Both the position numbers and the translations under genes were made by a program. Source: Candidatus Uhrbacteria bacterium (lineage in GTDB: Bacteria > Patescibacteriota > Patescibacteriia > UBA9934 > UBA10169). From it: a DNA stretch of 64,000 nt. The notes under the pieces were generated by a model. That model was not told where the DNA came from. It worked only from the letters and a program-made list of their open reading frames with translations, and did not search any database. Shown here one piece after another: positions 58,467 to 64,000 of the stretch. Positions within the stretch are counted from its first letter, which is position 1. Each line of letters begins with the position of its first letter. The DNA lies in NCBI GenBank assembly GCA_016187485.1, contig JACPJO010000005.1:71499-135498 (forward strand). The letters run 5' to 3'.

Positions 58467-60353
58467 TTACTCCTCTTTTTTCTCTTTGAATTCTGCGTCC
58501 TTCACATTGTCCGCTTCCCCTGTCTCCCCGCTTTTCGCCTCTTCTCCCTTTGGCACATTTTCATAGAGCTTTGCGCCGACGGCCTGGGATTGCGTTGCGA
58601 GTTCATCGGCCGCTTTGCGAATCGCCGGCGCATCATCTCCCTCTTTTGCTTTTTTCACCGCCTCGATCTTTTCTTCCAACTCTTTTTTCTGTTCTGCCGT
58701 AACTCTGTCCCCAGCGTCCTTCAGCATCTTTTCTACCGTATAGATCATCGTGTCCGCAAGATTCCGCACCTCCACAAGTTCCTTGCGTTTGTGATCATCC
58801 GCCGCATGCGCCTCGGCATCACGCTTCATACGCTCCACTTCCTCTTTGCTCAACCCCGTCGATGCCTGAATGGTAATCTCTTGGCTTTTCCCTGTCGCTT
58901 TATCCTTCGCGGAAACTTTCAGAATGCCGTTTGCGTCAATATCAAACGACACCTCCACCTGCGGCACACCGCGGGGAGCCGTCGGGATCCCCGACAAAAT
59001 GAACCGTCCCAGGCTTTTATTCCCCTCCGCCATCTCTCGCTCCCCCTGCAGCACATGAATCTCCACCGACGTCTGATTATCAGCGGCTGTTGAGAACACT
59101 TGTGACTTGGATGTAGGAATTGTTGTGTTGCGCTCGATCAACTTGGTCATGACGCCCCCAAGCGTTTCGATGCCAAACGAGAGAGGGGTCACATCAAGCA
59201 GAAGGACATCCTTCACTTCGCCCTGCAGAACTCCCGCTTGCACCGCTGCGCCAAGCGCCACGACCTCGTCCGGATTTACACTGATGTTGGGTTTCTTCCC
59301 GAAGAATTCTTCTACAAGCTTCAAGACAAGCGGCATACGCGTCATCCCCCCCACCATAATCACTTCCTCAATGTCGCCCGTGCCCATCTTCGCATCCTCG
59401 AGCGCCTTCTTGACCGGCCCAAGTGTGTTTTCCGCCAAGTCTCGCACAAGCTCTTCAAGTTTCGCGCGCGTGAGTTTTAACACAAGGTGCTTGGGACCAT
59501 CCGCACCCGACGTAATAAACGGCTGGTTGATTTCGGTCTCTTGCGTCGTGGAAAGTTCAATTTTCGCACGCTCGGCCGCATCCTTGATGCGTTGAAGCGC
59601 AAGGGGGTCACGGCCCAAATCCACTCCTTCCTGCGATTGAAACTCTTTAATAATCCAATCAATCACGCGGCGATCAAAATCGTCACCGCCTAAATGCGTG
59701 TCGCCGTTTGTCGACTTCACTTCCACGGTGTCCTCGGAAACCTCCAGAACCGATACATCGAACGTTCCGCCACCGAGATCATACACACACACTTTCTGTC
59801 CCTTCTTCTTGTCGAACCCATACGCAAGAGCGGCGGCCGTGGGCTCGTTGATGATGCGCAACACTTTGAGCCCCGCGATTTCGCCCGCAACTTTTGTCGC
59901 TTGGCGCTGGGCGTCGTCAAAATACGCCGGTACCGTAATCACCGCCTCGGAAACCTTTTCTCCTAGCCGTTCCTCGGCATCTGCTTTCAACTTCCCAAGC
60001 ACCATCGCAGAAATTTCTTCGGGAGTGTATTCCTTTCCTTCCATCTTTACCGCGACCCCTTCCCCGCGTTCCAAAATTTCATAGGGCATGATCTTTTTAT
60101 CATGCACAACCTCTGTATCATCATGCCGGCGTCCCATGAGGCGTTTGATAGAGTACAAAGTATTTTTCGGATTCGTTACCGCCTGGCGTTTTGCAGAAAT
60201 ACCGACAATTCGTTCGCCGCTTTTCGCAATAGCGATAATCGAGGGCGTCGTGCGATGACCTTCTTTGTTTTCTAAGATCTTCGGCTGGCCACCTTCCATG
60301 ATAGCCATGGCCGAATTTGTTGTCCCAAGATCGATGCCGAGAATTTTTGCCAT
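58467..60353 (-). CDS. dnaK: Chaperone DnaK
   Basis: [44 protein letters not shown]. Confidence 0.98.
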   Translation of the reverse strand: MAKILGIDLGTTNSAMAIMEGGQPKILENKEGHRTTPSIIAIAKSGERIVGISAKRQAVTNPKNTLYSIKRLMGRRHDDTEVVHDKKIMPYEILERGEGVAVKMEGKEYTPEEISAMVLGKLKADAEERLGEKVSEAVITVPAYFDDAQRQATKVAGEIAGLKVLRIINEPTAAALAYGFDKKKGQKVCVYDLGGGTFDVSVLEVSEDTVEVKSTNGDTHLGGDDFDRRVIDWIIKEFQSQEGVDLGRDPLALQRIKDAAERAKIELSTTQETEINQPFITSGADGPKHLVLKLTRAKLEELVRDLAENTLGPVKKALEDAKMGTGDIEEVIMVGGMTRMPLVLKLVEEFFGKKPNISVNPDEVVALGAAVQAGVLQGEVKDVLLLDVTPLSFGIETLGGVMTKLIERNTTIPTSKSQVFSTAADNQTSVEIHVLQGEREMAEGNKSLGRFILSGIPTAPRGVPQVEVSFDIDANGILKVSAKDKATGKSQEITIQASTGLSKEEVERMKRDAEAHAADDHKRKELVEVRNLADTMIYTVEKMLKDAGDRVTAEQKKELEEKIEAVKKAKEGDDAPAIRKAADELATQSQAVGAKLYENVPKGEEAKSGETGEADNVKDAEFKEKKEE

Positions 60354-60358
60354 AAAAT

Positions 60359-60832
60359 TTATGTAAGAGTTACTTTTGCCGGTCGAAGAACTTTTCCGTT
60401 CAACTTCCACCCGCGTGACTGAAGGTTTGCGACAGATCCCCCTTCGCCGTCCACGGGTTCGTGAACCTCCGGATTAAAGGGGTCGCCCGGCGCGGGGGCG
60501 ATGCTTTCAAGTCCCCAGCGTTTGATGGCCTCTTCGAACGCTGTGTGGATGTGGACGAGACCGTCCTTCCATGCTCGAAGTTTTTTCTGGACATCTTCGG
60601 CACAAGAATCAAACGGTGGCGTGTGCGCAAGAGCCTGATCGAAATGGTCTAAGACGCGCAAGAGGTCGTGTGTTAGTTCTTCAAGCAGGAAAACGCGTGC
60701 TTCCTCACGCTCCCGCTTCAAATCTTTTTTCAGATTATCGTAATCGGCAAGAGCGCGTTTCCACCCCGCAAGATACTCCTCTGCCATCTTCTCGGGGGAA
60801 AGGGATTCGTTTGGTAAAGGATTATCGTTCAT
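60359..60832 (-). CDS. grpE: Nucleotide exchange factor GrpE
   Basis: [26 protein letters not shown]; lies between hrcA and dnaK. Confidence 0.93.
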   Translation of the reverse strand: MNDNPLPNESLSPEKMAEEYLAGWKRALADYDNLKKDLKREREEARVFLLEELTHDLLRVLDHFDQALAHTPPFDSCAEDVQKKLRAWKDGLVHIHTAFEEAIKRWGLESIAPAPGDPFNPEVHEPVDGEGGSVANLQSRGWKLNGKVLRPAKVTLT

Positions 60833-61535
60833 AAGAAGGAGATGGCTGATTCAGGAGTTCGTGGGCCAGCTGGACGAGCCCAACGTTACGGTTGTAGTCC
60901 ATGCGCATGGGGCCGATGAGTCCGATAATACCTGACATCTGGGGACTCGCGCGGTAACGGATAAAGACAGAGGAAAACGAGGAGCCAAAAGGATTCTTTG
61001 TGCCAATCAAAACGATCGGCTCGTCCGTGATGGTCCCGAAAAGCGCATGAAGAATTCCCTCCATCTCATCGAATACGCGCGCAAGTTCTGCAAGTATCTG
61101 CGCGTCAGAAAAATCTGGTTTACCAAACAAGTTCGCCATGCCGGCATAATAGCTTCCCCCCTGTTCCGTCGCCATAACTGCCGTCTCTCCGGAAAGGTCG
61201 CCGAGCGTACGTGCCACGCGTCGGAGAGTATTCTCTGTGCTGCTTGACTCCGCCATCACCGACTCCAAACGGCGCCGCGCAGAAGCAACCGGAGCCAGAT
61301 GAAGAAAGTTCGCCAAATAATAGCGGTACCCCAACTCTGTGGGAACACGCCCTGCAGATGTGTGCGGTTGCGTGAGGTAGCCGGCTTCTTCAAGTACACA
61401 CATGTCATTGCGAACCGTCGCGGGAGAAACGTCGAGATCAAACTGCGACACAATATGAAGAGAGGCCACGGGCTCTGCCGAGCGGATATACTCTTCAACC
61501 ACCAGCTTCAAAATGGTTTCTTGCCGTGAAATCAT
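60822..61535 (-). CDS. hrcA: Heat-inducible transcription repressor HrcA (short form)
   Basis: EPVAS, SPATVRNDM, QPHTSAGRVPT..GYR, IGPMRMDY. Confidence 0.93.
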   Translation of the reverse strand: MISRQETILKLVVEEYIRSAEPVASLHIVSQFDLDVSPATVRNDMCVLEEAGYLTQPHTSAGRVPTELGYRYYLANFLHLAPVASARRRLESVMAESSSTENTLRRVARTLGDLSGETAVMATEQGGSYYAGMANLFGKPDFSDAQILAELARVFDEMEGILHALFGTITDEPIVLIGTKNPFGSSFSSVFIRYRASPQMSGIIGLIGPMRMDYNRNVGLVQLAHELLNQPSPSYER

Positions 61536-61538
61536 AAT

Positions 61539-61565
61539 TTAGCACTCATATATTACGAGTGCTAA
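61539..61565. promoter_or_regulatory. CIRCE element upstream of hrcA
   Basis: Perfect TTAGCACTC-N9-GAGTGCTAA. Confidence 0.95.
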
Positions 61566-61578
61566 GCCTCCCTGTCAA
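61550..61578 (-). promoter_or_regulatory. Promoter of the hrcA-grpE-dnaK-dnaJ operon
   Basis: TTGACA-17-TAATAT, with the -10 inside the CIRCE spacer. Confidence 0.75.
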
Positions 61579-62291
61579 GCAGGCCGGCGGTTCTCAAAAT
61601 CTCTCTTTGCTCGCACATGATCAATAAGCGCGGCGGAGTCCGCTCCGTGGGGTCCGGGAATCAACTCTTCCGCAAGTTTCAAGGCTTCGCGCCGGGCAAT
61701 CTCCTCACGTTCCCCCCCAAATGTATCCCACCCTCTTTCCGCTTCCTGCCATTTAGCATAGGCATTCCGCCCATCGGGAGTCTCCCATGTAGAAGCATCC
61801 GCCGCATGCACATCACGTTGTTTTAACGATTCCCCACGGTCTACAGCCGCTTGATTGTAAAGCACATAGGTTCGGCGCGGCGCGTCAAAGCGCAGCACCT
61901 TCCAGTCCTTCAGGTTCCAGCTCCCCGCCGCTTTGTCCCACACAGGGACTTCTTCTCCGACGCGGCGCTCCCGAAGCGGGGATACGGCTTTCGTCAACGC
62001 GTATTCTTTTTCTGCCAACTTCATTTCTTTAAAACGCAAGACCTCTGTAGCTCGTTCCTTTGTATCCATGCCATGAAGAGTCGGATTGCGCACGGCGATA
62101 CGCGCCTGGCGCACTTCCGCCTGGAGGGCGTCTCTTTCCTTGCGGAGTTTTGCCACTTCGTCATCTACTTCTTCAAAAACAAGCCCTTCGTCTTCGGCTT
62201 TCGGTTCCTCGACTTCCTCAAAAATCGGTTCGTCTTCCGGTTTTGATTTCGGTTGTTCTTTGCGCGCAAAAAGCCGTTCCAAAAATCTCAT
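61575..62291 (-). CDS. Hypothetical protein
   Basis: 238-aa charged/coiled-coil ORF; TATACT 8 nt before ATG. Confidence 0.7.
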   Translation of the reverse strand: MRFLERLFARKEQPKSKPEDEPIFEEVEEPKAEDEGLVFEEVDDEVAKLRKERDALQAEVRQARIAVRNPTLHGMDTKERATEVLRFKEMKLAEKEYALTKAVSPLRERRVGEEVPVWDKAAGSWNLKDWKVLRFDAPRRTYVLYNQAAVDRGESLKQRDVHAADASTWETPDGRNAYAKWQEAERGWDTFGGEREEIARREALKLAEELIPGPHGADSAALIDHVRAKRDFENRRPA

Positions 62292-62316
62292 ATGCGGACA
62301 GTATAATCTAAAAAAT

Positions 62317-62342
62317 CGAAACCGGGGAGAGATGTCCCCGGT
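62317..62342 (-). terminator. Intrinsic terminator
   Basis: ACCGGGGA-6-TCCCCGGT followed by TTCGATTTTTT. Confidence 0.65.
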
Positions 62343-62359
62343 ATTGCGCCAGAATCGCT

Positions 62360-62842
62360 CTAGCGCAGAGAAGAAAGGGCCACGGGCCGCGAAAGGTGCG
62401 CATGCGGCTCCGGCGCTTGCAAGCGCAGCATCCCTGTGGGGACGCGCGGATGGTGGAAGGCCCGCGCGAATGGCGGGTCACCGACCTGCATCCGCATGAA
62501 CACGCTCGTGGTGATGGCGACGACATCAGGCAGCTCGATCTCTGCGTGCGTGCCCATGGCAACATCTGTCCCCCCGGTAGTGCCGAGAAGGAATCTCACA
62601 TGGCGCTCGAGCGCCACGACCTCTCTAGCCGTCGCGCTCTTGGCGAGCCGCACACGGACGAGATTTCCCATCCGTGTCTGCACAATCGAGAGCACGCGCA
62701 CTCCGGTCAGAAACCGGTAGTCACGCACATCGGCTGTGCCGGCCACGATGACGCGGCGAGGTTGCCCTCGCCGGCTCGGGTGATCTTCACCCGGTTGTCT
62801 GTCCGTCGTGAAAAGTTCGTAGACCTTCGCCTGATGGTCCAT
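62360..62842 (-). CDS. Hypothetical protein (GC-rich accessory gene)
   Basis: GGAGG 5 nt before ATG 62842 (MDHQAKV), TTGACA-17-TAAGCT at 62874-62902, terminator downstream. Confidence 0.65.
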   Translation of the reverse strand: MDHQAKVYELFTTDRQPGEDHPSRRGQPRRVIVAGTADVRDYRFLTGVRVLSIVQTRMGNLVRVRLAKSATAREVVALERHVRFLLGTTGGTDVAMGTHAEIELPDVVAITTSVFMRMQVGDPPFARAFHHPRVPTGMLRLQAPEPHAHLSRPVALSSLR

Positions 62843-62876
62843 CGCAGCCTCCCAAGGGGAAATGCGAGGGGTGAGC

Positions 62877-64000
62877 TTAAACGAGGGTCGGCTTGCTGTC
62901 AACCCCTCCTTTCGCGGGGGGAGGGATCAAGCGTCGCCAGTGTGCCGTGGAAAGCTTTGCCCGTGAAAGAAGCTCGGCAAATTTTTGCCCGCCTAAGACC
63001 GTGGGAACGATGACGTAGTCCGCTCCTGCGGCGTAGGCAACCTCCGCTTGGGCGGGATACTTCACCGTGACAATAACATTTCCTTTAAATTTTCGTGCGG
63101 CGAGATACTCAAGAATCGTTGTCGTATCCCCCATGTCCTGCACCGTCGAAATAATCAGACGCGCCTTATGCGCCCGAATGTCCTCTAGTAAATCCTCGTC
63201 GCCCACATCACCATAGAGAGCGTGAATCCCGCGCTCCCGCAAGCGCTCCACCGCTTCTGGGTGGAAATCCACAACCGTGAAGGATTTTTTGAGTGCCTGC
63301 ACGGCGGGGAGAATCGTCTCCCCTGTCCGGTGGCATCCAAAGAGAAAAATCTCCGGTGTGTTTTGCGCTACTTCATGCCGGAGTTTGGCGTGCGGCTCAA
63401 GGAATCGCGTAGCCGGGCGAACAAAACGGTAGAGAAGATCGCTATATTTTATGAGATAACTCGAAATGGTAATCGTCAGAAACCCAACGGCAGCGGTAAG
63501 AGAGAGAAGAGACGACTCCACAAGACCCTGTGCCGCCGCAAGACCAACAAGAATGAAAGAGAATTCACTCACCTGCGCGAGTGTGGACCCTGTAAGCCAT
63601 CCGGTGCGCGGGTGGAAACCAAGTATGCGCGTAAGAAGAAGGACCACGACAGGGTTAAGAATCAAAACAAGAAGAGAAAAAGCGAGGATGTAAGGGAGGA
63701 TGCCAGGCATGGCACTAAGGTCGAGGTTTGTGCCAAGAACAATGAAGAAAATGATGAGAAAGAAGTCACGGAGATTGCGCACGCGCGCAAGAATTTCCCT
63801 TTGGAAAGCGGTACCAGAGAGTGCGATACCGGCAAGAAGCGCGCCAATCCCCATACTAAAACCCGCGAGCTGAAGCGCGCTTGCAGCGGCGAAACACCAC
63901 CCAATAGCAAACAGGAGAAGAAGTTCCTGCGACCGCGCGGCGTATCGCACAATGGGCGGCAAGAGCCAAACACCAAAGGCAGCGAGAACCACTACGGCAA
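62877..64000 (-). CDS. Cation:proton antiporter (CPA2/Kef-like) with TrkA-N domain (5' end outside window)
   Basis: GALLAG, LRDFF..FF..G, LAQVSEFSFIL, G.HRTG, YGD. Confidence 0.9.
   Translation of the reverse strand, partial: AVVVLAAFGVWLLPPIVRYAARSQELLLLFAIGWCFAAASALQLAGFSMGIGALLAGIALSGTAFQREILARVRNLRDFFLIIFFIVLGTNLDLSAMPGILPYILAFSLLVLILNPVVVLLLTRILGFHPRTGWLTGSTLAQVSEFSFILVGLAAAQGLVESSLLSLTAAVGFLTITISSYLIKYSDLLYRFVRPATRFLEPHAKLRHEVAQNTPEIFLFGCHRTGETILPAVQALKKSFTVVDFHPEAVERLRERGIHALYGDVGDEDLLEDIRAHKARLIISTVQDMGDTTTILEYLAARKFKGNVIVTVKYPAQAEVAYAAGADYVIVPTVLGGQKFAELLSRAKLSTAHWRRLIPPPAKGGVDSKPTLV

Overview
This is a gene-dense 64-kb chromosomal segment of a Patescibacteria/CPR-type bacterium. 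The lineage is inferred from a short HrcA, an RpoA without its C-terminal domain, a short AlaRS, a degenerate PriA and a 'LIGAGC' lipoprotein signal suggestive of class ABY1. Most of the window is housekeeping: alr, gltX, clpB, def-fmt, a glycosyltransferase/flippase cluster, the infA-rpmJ-rpsMKD-rpoA-rplQ-rplM-rpsI operon, alaS, murJ, era, pyk, dusB, rib genes, dnaX, cysS and hrcA-grpE-dnaK-dnaJ. There are also three tRNAs and two perfect CIRCE operators. The most striking pattern is a second class of genes scattered between the core genes. These are seven GC-richer, self-contained units, each with a -35/-10 promoter, a Shine-Dalgarno-like site and a 3' hairpin. By contrast, many core transcription units have only a -10 box 6-10 nt before the ATG. 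The units encode a 4-hydroxybenzoyl-CoA-reductase-like molybdoenzyme, a membrane Ser/Thr kinase with a PEGA-like tail, an AgmX/PglI-like exported protein and four orphans. Several promoters reuse the upstream gene's stop codon as part of a hexamer. A VirD4/TraG-like ATPase gene lacks its Walker A segment and is frameshifted at that point. No CRISPR array, rRNA, transposase or integrase was seen. All protein assignments come from motif recognition, not database searches.
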